DNA of 63,747 nucleotides, counting the filler. It is 10 parts of 10 records of this genome, joined end to end, with 100 filler letters (N's around TTAATTAATTAA, not from the genome) between each part and the next. Parts side by side here need not be neighbours in the genome. Positions count along the whole stretch, not along the records: positions 51,452 to 58,380 come from SRR31147125_85520; positions 58,481 to 63,747 come from SRR31147125_85535; 8 more parts are not named here. One strand, given 5' to 3'. The translations under genes were made by a program, and so were the position numbers. Below are positions 52,555 through 63,747 of the stretch, piece after piece; the first letter of the stretch is position 1; each line of letters opens with the position of its first letter. Below the pieces are notes generated by a model. It was given only the letters and a program-made list of their open reading frames with translations, made no database searches and was not told where the DNA came from.

Positions 52555-54338
52555 ATGAGCCCTGCGGAGGACTCGGCTGACGTGAAAAAAACCTGGAAAT
52601 TCAGCTCAAACCGTGAAAACCTGATCGCCCTGTTGATCATCGCCGTCCTGATCGGGATGTCGACAGGAGCACTCGCGGTTGCTTTTCGGCACCTGCTGCA
52701 ATTCGTCACCGCTCTGTTCTGGCCCGACCCACACGCCCTGCTTGACGTCGCTGATCATTACCCCTTCTATCTGATTTTCCTGATTCCTGTTATTGGAGGA
52801 CTGATTGTCGGTCCGGGCATCTCCAAGCTGTCACCCGAAACCCGGGGCGCCGGCGTCCCGAAGTGATCGAGGCGGTTGTCACCCGCGAGGGAACGATCCG
52901 TCATAGAACCGCCTTTTTCAAGACCCTGTTCACGACCATTTCCATCGGCTGTGGTGCGTCGGTCGGACGGGAAGGACCCGTGGTCCATATCGGATCATCG
53001 ATCGGCTCGTCGATTGCCCAGTTGATCCGTCTACCAGCCGAGTGGAAGCGTGTTTTTCTCGCCTGTGGTGCGGCTGCGGGAATTGCGGCGACATTCAACG
53101 CGCCGATGGCGGGGATGCTATTCGCGGCGGAAATCATCCTGGTCGATTTTCAGGTCAGCTACCTCAGTCACATTGCCATTTCCGCGGTCACCGCCACAGT
53201 TGTCTCACACCATTTCCTCGGCAGCCTACCAACCTTTCAGATTCCGTCATACGAGCTGGTCAGCTACGCTGAGCTTCCGCTCTATGCGGCCCTCGGGTTC
53301 TGTGCCGGAATGCTGTCGATCTTTTTTATCCGCTCCGTTTCAATAACAGAAGACCTGTTCAACAAATTGGCAATTCCGTTTACCTTCCGCCCAGCAGTCG
53401 CGGGTGCGATTGTTGGCGGTATCGCAGTCTTCTGGCCGCATGTTCTCGGAGTCGGTTACGAATCGATCAATCTCGCCCTGACAGCCAATATGGGGCTGGG
53501 ACTCATGTTACTCGTTCTCGCTTTAAAGCTGCTGGCAACAGCAGCGTCCGTCGGTGCCGGATTCTCCGGTGGCATTTTTGCGCCATCTCTGGTTCTGGGG
53601 TCGCTCCTGGGCGGCGCATTTGGAGTTGCCGCAGAAGCTATTTTTCCGGACTTTACGGCAACCAGCGCGGCCTACAGCCTGATCGGCATGGGCGCGGTCG
53701 TTGCGGGAACCACCCTGGCTCCCATCACAGCAATTTTCACCATTTTTGAATTGACCTATAATTTCGACATCATCCTTCCCCTGATGACCTGTTGCATCAC
53801 CAGCCTGATCACCGTTCAGAAGTATTACGGCTATTCGATCTACGAAACGAAGCTGCTGCGCAAAGGGATCCGTATGATCCGCGGCCATGATGTCAACCTG
53901 CTGCGATCGATGCAGATCGGAGACTACATGGACTCCCATTTTGAAACCATCCGTCACGACATGCGCCTCGGTGAGGTCCTGCGGAGGGCCGAAGAAAGCC
54001 CATACCCGCACTTTCCCGTTCTTGATCACGATGAAAAGCTCGTCGGCATCCTGTCGATGAGTGATCTGAAAGGCTTTCTGGCCGAAGTCGGGGCATTGAG
54101 CGAATTAATTGTCGCCTCAGAGATCATGACTCATCGAGTGACGATTGTTCGACCGACGGACAATTTTGAAACCGCTTTTGAAATTTTTGAAGGCAAACAG
54201 ATCTCGACGCTTCCGGTCGTCCGGGAGAGTGATCAAAAGCTGGTTGGCATCCTGAAGAAGAATGACCTGCTGTTGGCCTACAATCAGAAGGTTCTGAAAA
54301 TTAACGTCGCAACACAGGGTCAAAAGAGCTCAGTTTAA
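52555..54338 (+). CDS. ClC chloride channel/antiporter with two CBS domains, frameshift near 52858
   Basis: GREGP, FNAP, GGIFAP, SIYE, C-terminal CBS pair. One extra C gives GAGVPEVIEA across the two ORFs. Confidence 0.9.
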
Positions 54339-54422
54339 ACAGTGGAATGACAATGATTGGATCTCGACATGCGTTCGTGCTATTTTAGCCGCCCGGTTCG
54401 ACTCTTCCTGTAGCGGGGACCT

Positions 54423-56133
54423 ATGGATCTCAAAGATAAAAAAATCAAAGAGTTGGAAAGTAAGCTGACGTCGGCCGAAGACAGAATCGACGAGCTTGAG
54501 CGTGCTCTGCACCCCCTTCAGAACAAAGGCCCGATAGAATACCGAATCCAGCGCACCCTGATGGAAGACATCAGCAGCCTGATGTCTCTGATCAACAGCA
54601 CCGAAGACCTGATCTGGTTTGTCGATTGCAACAAGCGGCTGTTGATGGCCAACGAAGCCACCCTCGATATATTCAGAGAAGCCCTCCAGATTGATATTGA
54701 GCCGGGGATGTACAGCCGTGACTTCCTTCCGGAAGATCAGGCCGAATACTTTGATCAGCTTTTTGAATCAGCCCTGCGAGGAAAAACCCTGAGGCTGAAC
54801 CACTCCGGTATCGGCGCCAGGGAATATGCCGCAACGATCCAGCCGGTTAAAAAAGATGAGCAGATCATCGGAGCCTCCGTCTTTACCCGCGACATTACCC
54901 GGATTCATTCTCTTCAGGAAGAGCTTTCCAGCTTTGAACAGATCGTTGCATCGACACCCGACCTGATCGCTCTGATTGATGATCAATTCCACTACCATAT
55001 TGTCAACGACTCATATGCGCGTGCTTTTGAGGTTAAAAAAGAGAGCATCATCGGTCAGCACATCGTCGACATTGTCGGGGAAGAACACTTCTCTACGATC
55101 TCAAAACCGCACTTGGATAAGGCATTGACCGGTGAACTCGTCCAGTTCAAATGCTGGATTGACCTCCCAGGCCTCGGAAAACGTTTCATGTCCATCACGT
55201 TTCATCCGCTGCACAGTCAGGACCTGAAACCGAAGTTCATCGTCATCAACGCTCACGATATCACCGAACTGAAACAGGCTGAGAATGAACGGCAACGGAT
55301 TTTTGACGTTTCCCTCGACATGCTGGCCGTCGTTGACTTTGAGGGCCATTTTATCGATCTCAATCCGGCCTGGACAGAGACGTTGGGGTGGCCGGAAGAG
55401 CAACTGAAGAGCAAATCTTGGCTCTCTCTGGTCGTTGATGATGATCAGAAAAGCAGCGTCGCTGTGAACAAACGTCTGGCCAAAGGAGAAAGCATCGTCG
55501 GTTTTGAGAATCGCTGCCTCTGTAAGGACGGATCATACCGCTGGTTGGCCTGGAGCTCGTTCCCTGATCCGGACGAAAAACGGATCTACACAGCTGTCAG
55601 AGACATCACCAATCGGCACCGGTTGGAAGACGAACTGCGCCAACTGGCGACAACCGACCCCCTGACCGGGGCCAGCAACCGTAGACATTTTATTGAAAAA
55701 GCGGAAGCGGAATTGAGGCGCAGCAAGCGTTACGGGTCGCAGATTGCCGCGGTCATGCTCGACATCGATCACTTCAAGGCGATCAACGACCGTCATGGTC
55801 ATACTGTCGGCGATGAGGTCCTCAAGCGGCTGGTCGACTGTTGCCATCAGGAACTGCGGGCGAGTGATATCTTCGGACGCTTCGGGGGAAGAGTTTGCCG
55901 CTGTGCTGGTTGAAAGTAATCTGGACAGCGCAACCCAAACGTGCAACCGGCTGTCGCAGCAGATTGCCAAAATGAAGATCAGGACGGCGGACGGCAACGT
56001 CAGCATTACGGTCAGTATCGGTGTCACCATGCGCTCAGCATCCGACATCACCATCGATCACCTGTTGAAACGCGCGGACGATGCACTCTACAAGGCCAAA
56101 AACGCAGGGCGGGACACGATCGTCCACTTCTAA
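54423..56133 (+). CDS. Multi-PAS diguanylate cyclase, frameshift near 55886
   Basis: Three PAS-like segments; TDPLTG..NRR, DIDHFK..ND..GH..GD. One added base in CGGGGGAAG gives GRFGGEEF and joins ORF 55744-56133 (SIGV, ADDALYKAK..GR). Confidence 0.9.
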
Positions 56134-56227
56134 CCCTGCATTTTCAGACCTGAAAAAATCCTGTTTCATCCGAAAAAAACGAAGCTATAACCCCAAAAAG
56201 GTTTTTCAATTAAATGCCAAATCATTT

Positions 56228-56300
56228 GCCACAAGGCTGCCAAGACAGCAAGAAAAAACCATTCTTTTAAGTCCCCTTAGCGTCTTTGTGCCTTGGTGGC
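56228..56300. repeat. Degenerate REP-like inverted repeat between convergent genes
   Basis: GCCACAAGGCTGCCAAGACAGCAAG ... CTTAGCGTCTTTGTGCCTTGGTGGC, imperfect arms of about 25 nt. Confidence 0.5.
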
Positions 56301-56335
56301 CAATACCTTTGTTTTGATTATAGGAGCGAAAAACA

Positions 56336-58380
56336 TCAAGGGCTGACCGGGGTCAACTTCCAGATCGCCTCGTTATACTCCTGCATGGTGCGATCCGTCG
56401 AAAACTTCCCGCTGCCTGCCGTATTAAGAATACTCATCCGAGTCCACAACGCCTGATCACGGTAGGCTCTGGCAATATCCCTCTGGGCGGCGCAGTACGA
56501 GGTAAAATCAGCGGCAACCAGCCAGGGATCGTGCGGATTCCGGATCGCCTCAATCAGCGGATCGAAGATCCCCGTTTCGAACTGATTGAAATGCCCGCAC
56601 TGAAGGAGCTGCATCACAGCGCTCAGATTACGGTCGGCAGCGATGACCGCATCCGGATCGTAGGACCGACGCTGCTCGATAACCTCCTCGGCATTCAACC
56701 CGAAAAGGAAAAAGTTCTCTTCGCCAACCTCTTCGCGGATTTCGATATTCGCCCCGTCCAACGTCCCGACGGTTAAAGCCCCGTTCATCATGAATTTCAT
56801 GTTGCCAGTTCCGGAGGCCTCTTTTCCCGCTGTTGAAATCTGCTCCGAGAGATCGGCCCCGGGACAGATGACCTCCATGGCCGACACTCTGTAATTGGGA
56901 ATAAATGCCACTTTCAACAGGTCCCCGACCTGAGGATCGTTATTAACCAGAGTGGCAACATTGTTGATCAACTTGATAATCAGCTTCGCTATGGTGTAAC
57001 CGGGCGCCGCTTTGCCGCCGATCAGAACCGATCGTGGTGTCCAGTCTTCGGTATCTCCCCGCTTGATCCGGTCGTACAGATGGATGACATGCAGGATATT
57101 GAGCAGCTGACGCTTGTATTCGTGGATCCTCTTTACCTGAACATCAAAAATCGAGTCCGGGTTAAAATCGATACCACAGTCAGCCCGAACATACTCCGCC
57201 AGGCGCTGTTTGTTGTGCCGTTTCACCTGCCGCCACTGTTCACAGAAAGTCTCATCCTCAGTGAACGGCTTGAGACGTTCGAGCTGCTCCAGGTCGGTCA
57301 CCCAGCTATCACCGATACGACTGTTGATCAGCCCGGCCAGATCTGGATTGGCGTGGGCAAGCCAGCGTCTCTGGGTCACTCCATTGGTCTTGTTGTTGAA
57401 CTTTTCCGGCCACAATTCATAAAAATCGCGGAACAGTCCCTGCTGCAGCAATCGGGAGTGCAGCTCTGCCACCCCGTTGACCGAGAAACTGCCAACGATC
57501 GCCAGATAAGCCATCCGCACCTGGGGTTCGGGGCCTTCCTCAATTAATGACATGCGGCGCTGACGCTCGTGATCACCCGGCCAACGCTGGGCCACCTTTT
57601 TAAGGAAGCGGGCATTGATCTCGTAGATAATGTCCATCAATCGGGGCAGCAGGCTCTGAAACATCCTGACCGGCCAGCGCTCCAGTGCTTCCGGCAGCAG
57701 CGTGTGGTTGGTGTAGGCCATGGTTTTCTGGGTCATGTCCCAGGCCTGATCCCAGTTGAGGCCATGCACATCCATCAGCAGGCGCATCAGCTCTGCGACA
57801 GCACAGCTGGGGTGAGTATCATTCAGCTGAAAGCAGTTGTTTTCGGCGAAGTTCGCCAGATCGGCGCCCTGAGTCGTAACCCAGCGGTCGAGGACATCCT
57901 GAAGACTGGCCGAAGCAAGAAAATACTGCTGCCGCAATCGCAGGTCCTTGCCATTTTCGCTGGCGTCGTTCGGATAGAGAACCATGGTGATCTTTTCGGC
58001 GTCGTTTTTGGCTGCAACCGATTCGGTATAATCACCGGAATTGAATTCTCCAAGGTCAAATTCTTCAGTGGCGGCCGCCTTCCACAAGCGCAGCGTATTC
58101 ACAGTCCCGTTTCGATATCCGGGGATCGGCAGATCATAAGGGATAGCATGAACACTCTGCGTATCGACCCAACGCATACGCATGCGCCCGGAAGCATCAG
58201 TATAAGACTCGCTGCGTCCGCCGAACCGGATCCGTTGACGATATTCGGGGCGCTTGATTTCCCAGCAGTTATCGGTCACCAGCCAGTGATCCGGTTCTTC
58301 AACCTGATAACCGTCTACGACCCGCTGACGGAACATCCCGTATTCATAGCGGATTCCATACCCTTGAACCGGCAGCTGCA
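56336..58380 (-). CDS. glgP: Glycogen/starch phosphorylase, 5' truncated
   Basis: GYGIRYEYGMF, QLNDTHP, YTNHTLLPEALE, KRIHEYKRQ, EASGTGNMK, GTLDGAN. Confidence 0.96.
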
Positions 58381-58480
58381 NNNNNNNNNNNNNNNNNNNN
58401 NNNNNNNNNNNNNNNNNNNNNNNNTTAATTAATTAANNNNNNNNNNNNNNNNNNNNNNNNNNNNNNNNNNNNNNNNNNNN

Positions 58481-59938
58481 GCCTCCTTTGTTTACTGCTA
58501 ATATAACAAGCAGTATAACAAGTATAACAAACAATACACCAATTGCTATTAATGTGATTTGCCATAAGTCTAAATCACTTATTATACTGGATAACGGTTC
58601 CTTGGTTGGTTCAGGTGTGGCTGTAGGCTCTGGTGTGGGAGCTGGTTTTTCAGCAATAGTATTTTCTGCATATAGCGGCACAGTATATATAAAATACTTT
58701 ACATCCTCTGTCCCCATTTTATATCCTAAATAATCATCTGTATTATGGGAATAGTTGTATTTGTAAGTTATGGTACCTATTTCATCACCTGCAGTTATCG
58801 GTGCAGTTAAAACTTCAGTGTTATAGGTAATGGTTTCTGTAAAATAAACATCTTTATCAGCTAAAATTTCCTCTATTGTCTTGCTTGGTTCAGTTAAATA
58901 GACTTCTTCACCTTCGCCCATAGTAATATTAAGCTGATTGCCTGTTGTATCCATATCTGCATTTTCTACAGTTGCAGTCAACTCTATGCCGGTAAACAAT
59001 TCTGATAACTTTATAGTATCATAGTAGTCAATAGCATAATCATACAATGTAACGGAGTTTTTCCATTTGTCCTCTTTTTCATCTTTCATTACTACTGCAA
59101 CCATAGATTGGTTTTCATACTTTGCAGCTGATACTAGAACATGTTTAGCGGCAATTGTATACCCTGTTTTTATTCCTGTTGCATAAGGGTAATAATACTT
59201 ATCATCTTCTATTATTAATCTATTTGAGTTTGAATACTGATATCCAGTTGTAGAGTGTGTTTGAAGGTTGGTGTCGGCTGGTACATATAAGTGTGTAAAA
59301 ACTATTTCATTAAATACAGGATATTGCTCTTTTGCATACATGGCAAGCAATGCCATATCTCTAGCTGTTGTATGATGACCATCTTGTGTAAGCCCATGAG
59401 GATTGGCATAGCTTGTTTTGTTCATTCCTATCTCTTGTGCTTTAGCGTTCATCATTCCTATAAAATTATCATATGTTCCGCCTATATGGCACGCTATTAC
59501 AACGGCTGCATCATTACCAGATTCCAGCATCAAACCATATACTAAATCCTTCATAGAAAGAGTTTCGCCTCTTCTTACATGAATCAGTGTAGAATCAGCA
59601 TCTAAATCCTTTATATAACTCCACATAGTATCATCAACTGTGACCATGTCTGTAAGTTCTGAATTTTCCAAAGCTAACATACATGTCATAATCTTTGTAG
59701 TAGATGCAGGGTATCTTTCTGTATATGCGTCTTTTTTATATATTATTCTCCCTGAATTTATATCTACCACTATTGCAGAGTCTGCTGTCTTTACTGCATT
59801 TTCCGAAAGCTGATTATCGTCCGTCACCCAGCCAGTCCAATCTCTTGGCTCTCTTAAATCAGCTGCTTGTACTATTGCCAAACTTGATGTTATTAGAATA
59901 ATTAATATTGCAGATATAATTAATTTTCTTAATCGCAT
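58481..59938 (-). CDS. D-alanyl-D-alanine carboxypeptidase (peptidase S11) with Pro/Thr linker and C-terminal TM, 3' truncated
   Basis: PASTTK (SxxK), SGN (SxN), NPHGL, KTG; PAPTPEPTATPEPT linker; hydrophobic tail. Confidence 0.9.
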
Positions 59939-60174
59939 TTTATAGTTTTTCCTTTCACTCTTAAGGATTTATGAACCTTTAAAATTTTCTTACTAATTAT
60001 AGCATACTACCTTTGTTTTTGTAAGTGTTAGTTATTGAGTTTTTGTCATGCAAATTATTTTAATATTATAACATAAATAATTTGTTGTATTGTGTCTAAT
60101 ATTAATAATAAAAGCTAAGTGATAACCTTCCTATCTTATTTACTTTTAGAAAATTATGGAGTATACTTAAGTCT

Positions 60175-61479
60175 ATGGATTTGTTCTCACAAAATAAGTC
60201 AATGAAGTCGCCTCTAGCTGATAGAATGCGTCCTAAAGCCTTAAAAGACTTTGTAGGACAGGAGCATATAGTTGGTACAGGCAAATTGCTAAGGAGGGCA
60301 ATAGAAGCGGATATGCTGACATCCAGCATCTTCTATGGGCCTCCGGGATGCGGCAAAACTACACTTGCAAATATCGTAGCAAGCTCTACAAAATCGGCTT
60401 TCGAGATGCTTAACGCTGTTACCAGCGGTGTTGCAGACGTAAGAAAAGTAATAAATGAAGCAAATGACAGGCAGCGTATGTATGGGATAAGCACTTATTT
60501 GCTTTTAGATGAATGTCATAGATGGTCTAAATCTCAGTCTGACAGCATATTACCTGCAATCGAAAAAGGAATTATCAAGTTTATTGGTTCAACTACAGAA
60601 AACCCTATGATAGCTATGACACCCGCTATAGTATCTAGGTGCAGGATATTTGAATTCTACCAATTAACTAATGAGCAAGTAAAACAATCTATAAAAAGAG
60701 CCGTTTTAGATGAAAAAAATGGCTTTGGTAAAATGTCAGTTAAAATAGATGAAGAAGCCTATAATCATTGGGCAAATATCGCAAATGGTGATGTGCGCTC
60801 TGCGCTAAACGCACTGGAACTTGCTGTATTGTCAACACATGCTGATAAAGATGGTATTATATATATAGATTTAGAGATTGCTCAGGATTCTATTCAGAAA
60901 AGGCTATTAAAATGTGATGAAAGTTATTTTTATGATATGCTTTCAGCTTTTTGCAAAAGTTTAAGAGGCAGTGATTCCGACGCTGCATTAGCTTGGTTCG
61001 CACGTCTCATATATGCTGGTGTTGACCCAAAAATAATTGTTAGAAGACTTTTTGCACACGCTAGTGAAGATGTAGGTTTGGCTGCGCCTGATGCTATGCT
61101 GCAAGTTTCAGCAGCAGCAAAAGCATTAGAGTTTGTAGGTATGCCAGAGGCTAGATTATCAATTGCTCAAGCTATAATATTTGTTTGTGAAGCACCAAAA
61201 TCAAATGCCGTAGTAATGGCTATTGATTCGGCTTTTAATGATGCAAATAAATCTACTCATCATCCTGTGCCAAATCATTTAACAGATACACATTATATGG
61301 GGCATGATAAGCTTAACAGAGGGAAAGGATATAAATATCCTCATGACTATCCCAACCATTATGTGGATCAGGATTACGCTCCAGAAGAGTGCGGTGACAA
61401 AGAATATTATATCCCTTCTGATCAAGGATTTGAAGAACGGATAAAAATGATAAGAAAACAAAAGAATATAAAAAAATAG
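60175..61479 (+). CDS. rarA: Replication-associated recombination protein A (RarA/MgsA)
   Basis: PLADRMRP, GPPGCGKTT, DECHR, TTENP, SAFCKSLRGSD, ASEDVG, YKYPHD. Confidence 0.94.
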   Translation: MDLFSQNKSMKSPLADRMRPKALKDFVGQEHIVGTGKLLRRAIEADMLTSSIFYGPPGCGKTTLANIVASSTKSAFEMLNAVTSGVADVRKVINEANDRQRMYGISTYLLLDECHRWSKSQSDSILPAIEKGIIKFIGSTTENPMIAMTPAIVSRCRIFEFYQLTNEQVKQSIKRAVLDEKNGFGKMSVKIDEEAYNHWANIANGDVRSALNALELAVLSTHADKDGIIYIDLEIAQDSIQKRLLKCDESYFYDMLSAFCKSLRGSDSDAALAWFARLIYAGVDPKIIVRRLFAHASEDVGLAAPDAMLQVSAAAKALEFVGMPEARLSIAQAIIFVCEAPKSNAVVMAIDSAFNDANKSTHHPVPNHLTDTHYMGHDKLNRGKGYKYPHDYPNHYVDQDYAPEECGDKEYYIPSDQGFEERIKMIRKQKNIKK

Positions 61480-61489
61480 GAGACGATAT

Positions 61490-62890
61490 ATGATAATAGC
61501 TAACGATATAGCTTTGCAGGTATTAAACGAAGCTTTAGAAACCGGCGGTGATTTTGCAGAAATATATGCAGAAGACAAAAAAAGCCTATCATTGAGCATG
61601 GCAGATAATGCATTGGAAAATGCCGTATCTGGCAGAAGCCACGGAGTTGGCATACGAGTATTTAAGGACATGAATTCAGTATATGTATATACTAACGATT
61701 CATCATTAAAAGGATTGTTAGATGCAGCCAGTCAGGCAGCAGCAGCAATTGAGGGCAACAAGTCTTTAGGTATTGACATTGTACTTAAACATAGAGTTAT
61801 TGAAACTGCTCATCCTATACTAATTCCTCCTCAAACTGTACAATTACAACAAAAAGTCGATTTAGTAAAAGGTGCATACTCTGCTGCAAGTAATTATGAT
61901 TCACTGATTAAGCAAACTGCAGTAAGGTATATTGACTCTGCTACAAATGTACAGATTATTAATAGTGAAGGACTAAATGTAGAAGATGAAAGAATACTAA
62001 CAAGACTTGCAATATCGGCTGTTGCTAGCGATGGTATGGAAAATCAATCTGGCTATGAGGCTCCTGGTGCTAAGATGGGATTTGAATTCTATAGAGATAA
62101 AATAGATGTGGAAGCCTATGCAAAAGAGGCTGGTCGTACTGCAGTGACGATGCTAAAAGCCCAACCCTGTCCAGCAGGGAAAATGCCTGTAGCAATTGAA
62201 AACGCATTTGGCGGAGTAATATTCCATGAAGCCTGCGGGCACTCACTGGAAGCTACGGCTATTGCAAAAGGTCAGTCGGTTTTCTGCGGAAAACTGGGGC
62301 AGAAAATCGCATCTGATGTGGTTACTGCAATAGATGATGCTACCCTTAAAAATGAATGGGGTTCATCAAATATAGATGATGAAGGCAATCCTGGGCAAAA
62401 GAATGTATTGATAGAAAATGGCATTTTAAAAAGCTATTTAGTTGATAAACTAAACGGCAGACGCATGAATGCTAAACCTACAGGCAGCGGCAGAAGACAA
62501 TCCTACGCTTTCGCACCTACATCCAGAATGAGCAACACCTACATTGCTCCTGGCAGCAGTACCAGAGATGAGATAATATCCTCTATTGATGATGGTCTAT
62601 ATGCTGCAAAAATGGGCGGCGGCTCAGTCAACCCAATAACGGGTGAATTCAATTTCGTTGTCAGTGAAGGATATTTAGTAAAGAACGGTAAAATATCTAC
62701 TCCCGTACGCGGTGCATCATTAATTGGATTCGGTCATGAGGTACTATTTGATATAGATATGGTAGGAGATAATTTAGCTCATGGTCAGGGAATGTGCGGC
62801 TCGATTTCAGGCTCTGTTCCAGTAAATGTAGGGCAGCCCATTATTAGAGTAAACCAAATATTGGTCGGCGGAAAAAGTAAAGGAGAATGA
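61490..62890 (+). CDS. tldD: TldD metalloprotease subunit
   Basis: GGDFAEIYAE, FHEACGHSLEA (HExxxH), DDEG, GRRQSY...RMSNT, CG..SG.VPV..GQP. Confidence 0.92.
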   Translation: MIIANDIALQVLNEALETGGDFAEIYAEDKKSLSLSMADNALENAVSGRSHGVGIRVFKDMNSVYVYTNDSSLKGLLDAASQAAAAIEGNKSLGIDIVLKHRVIETAHPILIPPQTVQLQQKVDLVKGAYSAASNYDSLIKQTAVRYIDSATNVQIINSEGLNVEDERILTRLAISAVASDGMENQSGYEAPGAKMGFEFYRDKIDVEAYAKEAGRTAVTMLKAQPCPAGKMPVAIENAFGGVIFHEACGHSLEATAIAKGQSVFCGKLGQKIASDVVTAIDDATLKNEWGSSNIDDEGNPGQKNVLIENGILKSYLVDKLNGRRMNAKPTGSGRRQSYAFAPTSRMSNTYIAPGSSTRDEIISSIDDGLYAAKMGGGSVNPITGEFNFVVSEGYLVKNGKISTPVRGASLIGFGHEVLFDIDMVGDNLAHGQGMCGSISGSVPVNVGQPIIRVNQILVGGKSKGE

Positions 62891-62892
62891 AT

Positions 62893-63747
62893 ATGACAGA
62901 TATTAATATGTTCATAGATAAATTAATAAACAAAGCCAAAGATACAGGGCTTAATGAATGTGAAGCATTCTATACAGATGGCGAATCATTCAGAGTTATG
63001 GTAAACCAAGGTGAAGTACGTGAATACAAAGTAAACACAAGCTGCGGTCTTTCTTTCCGTGCTAAAATTGACGGACAAATAGGCTATTCGTATACTCAGG
63101 CGTTTGATGATGAAGCTATTGATATGCTGATTAATCAAGTTAAAGATAATGCTGAAATCCTTGAAACTAAAGATGAGCAGTTTATCTTTTCTGGAAGCGA
63201 TAAATATTCACCTTTAGAAACTTATATTGACAAACTGGATGAAGCAACACCAGAACAAAAAATAAAACTAGCACTAGATTTAGAACAAAAATGCTTAAAT
63301 GCCCACGAAAGTGTTAAATCTGTTGCATACTGCATAGTCCAGTCCGGCAGCAGTCAAACAAACATAAAAAATAGTATTGGTCTTGATCTATCCTTTAAAT
63401 CAAACGGTGCATTTGCCTTTGTAATGCCAGTTGCTGTAGATCAAGATAAAAGCTATAGCGGTGGATATGCAGTCAGCATAGAGGATTTTGACAAAGTTGA
63501 CACGACCAGATTAATTGACACAGCAATAGAACGTGCTGTTAGCCAATTTAGAGGTGAACAATGCAATTCAGGCATCTATGAAGCGGTGTTCGATTTTGAA
63601 GCTGCAGGTGATTTATTGCAGACATTTGCTACAATATTTTCAGCAGAAAGTGCACAAAAAGGATATTCATTGCTGGCAGGAAAAGAAGGCGAAAAAATTG
63701 CAAGCGATATTGTAAACATTATAGATGATCCTCTTTTGCAAAAAGGC
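62893..63747 (+). CDS. pmbA: PmbA/TldE family protein, 3' truncated by the window end
   Basis: Open frame from ATG 62893 (AGGAG RBS) to the end: GLSFRA..GQIGYSYT, FSAESAQKGYSLLAGK.G.KIAS...IIDDP; follows tldD. Confidence 0.85.
   Translation, partial: MTDINMFIDKLINKAKDTGLNECEAFYTDGESFRVMVNQGEVREYKVNTSCGLSFRAKIDGQIGYSYTQAFDDEAIDMLINQVKDNAEILETKDEQFIFSGSDKYSPLETYIDKLDEATPEQKIKLALDLEQKCLNAHESVKSVAYCIVQSGSSQTNIKNSIGLDLSFKSNGAFAFVMPVAVDQDKSYSGGYAVSIEDFDKVDTTRLIDTAIERAVSQFRGEQCNSGIYEAVFDFEAAGDLLQTFATIFSAESAQKGYSLLAGKEGEKIASDIVNIIDDPLLQKG

Noticed and set aside
55880-55895. Phase variation or programmed frameshift at the G5 run in the GGEEF motif
   Set aside because: The run is short and the same kind of indel hits unrelated genes such as argH, so sequencing error is more likely.
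57569-58432. Long antisense ORFs (57569-58432, 4280-5083, 39424-39981 and others)
   Set aside because: They overlap well-supported genes on the opposite strand or in another frame and have no motifs.
5371-58480. Recurring TTAATTAATTAA as a biological repeat, and gene linkage across N gaps
   Set aside because: It is an identical assembly spacer, so genes on opposite sides cannot be treated as neighbours.
60175-63747. tldD-pmbA as part of a RiPP cluster
   Set aside because: No precursor or modifying enzyme is adjacent; the pair is widespread housekeeping.

Overview
The window is not one continuous locus. It joins ten contigs with identical 100-nt artificial spacers (44 N + TTAATTAATTAA + 44 N). 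Base composition and gene content differ sharply between contigs, so they probably come from several organisms (a metagenome or mixed bin). Contents: (1) 1-5370 phosphate/phosphonate-binding protein, a UroD/MtaA-family protein fused to a CxxC thioredoxin-like domain, and XdhD; (2) 5471-10523 uxaA, uxaB, a Zn dehydrogenase and TRAP dctM; (3) 10624-15986 maltodextrin locus (porin, lipoprotein GH13, MalK, MalE-like); (4) 16087-23770 Bacteroidota-like cobQ-cbiB, APC permease, three methyltransferases and a lipid kinase; (5) 23871-31908 AT-rich Opp-type ABC system with kduD and a metallophosphoesterase; (6) 32009-38108 phage-like tail module; (7) 38209-45105 Desulfobacterota-like trxB, rpsA, hsp20, pagL-like and hemerythrin; (8) 45206-51351 response regulator, Omp85-family protein, DUF4390, histidine kinase, argH; (9) 51452-58380 HDOD, ClC-CBS, PAS-GGDEF, glgP; (10) 58481-63747 Clostridia-like DD-carboxypeptidase, rarA, tldD, pmbA. 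Lineage labels are impressions, not search results. Eight genes carry homopolymer frameshifts that look like sequencing errors. The best novelty candidate is in the phage-like contig. A coiled-coil tail protein appears split in two around a stand-alone, circularly permuted CnaB/carboxypeptidase-regulatory-like domain. That domain and the protein before it both end in the domain's missing first beta-strand (SI[A/S]GTVT[D/G]) followed by TGA TGA, the layout expected for a fibre built by donor-strand complementation. Other candidates are a signal-peptide-bearing O-methyltransferase coupled to an APC permease next to a duplicated cbiB fragment, the UroD-thioredoxin fusion, and several structured intergenic elements. 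No rRNA, tRNA, CRISPR array or transposase was recognised.
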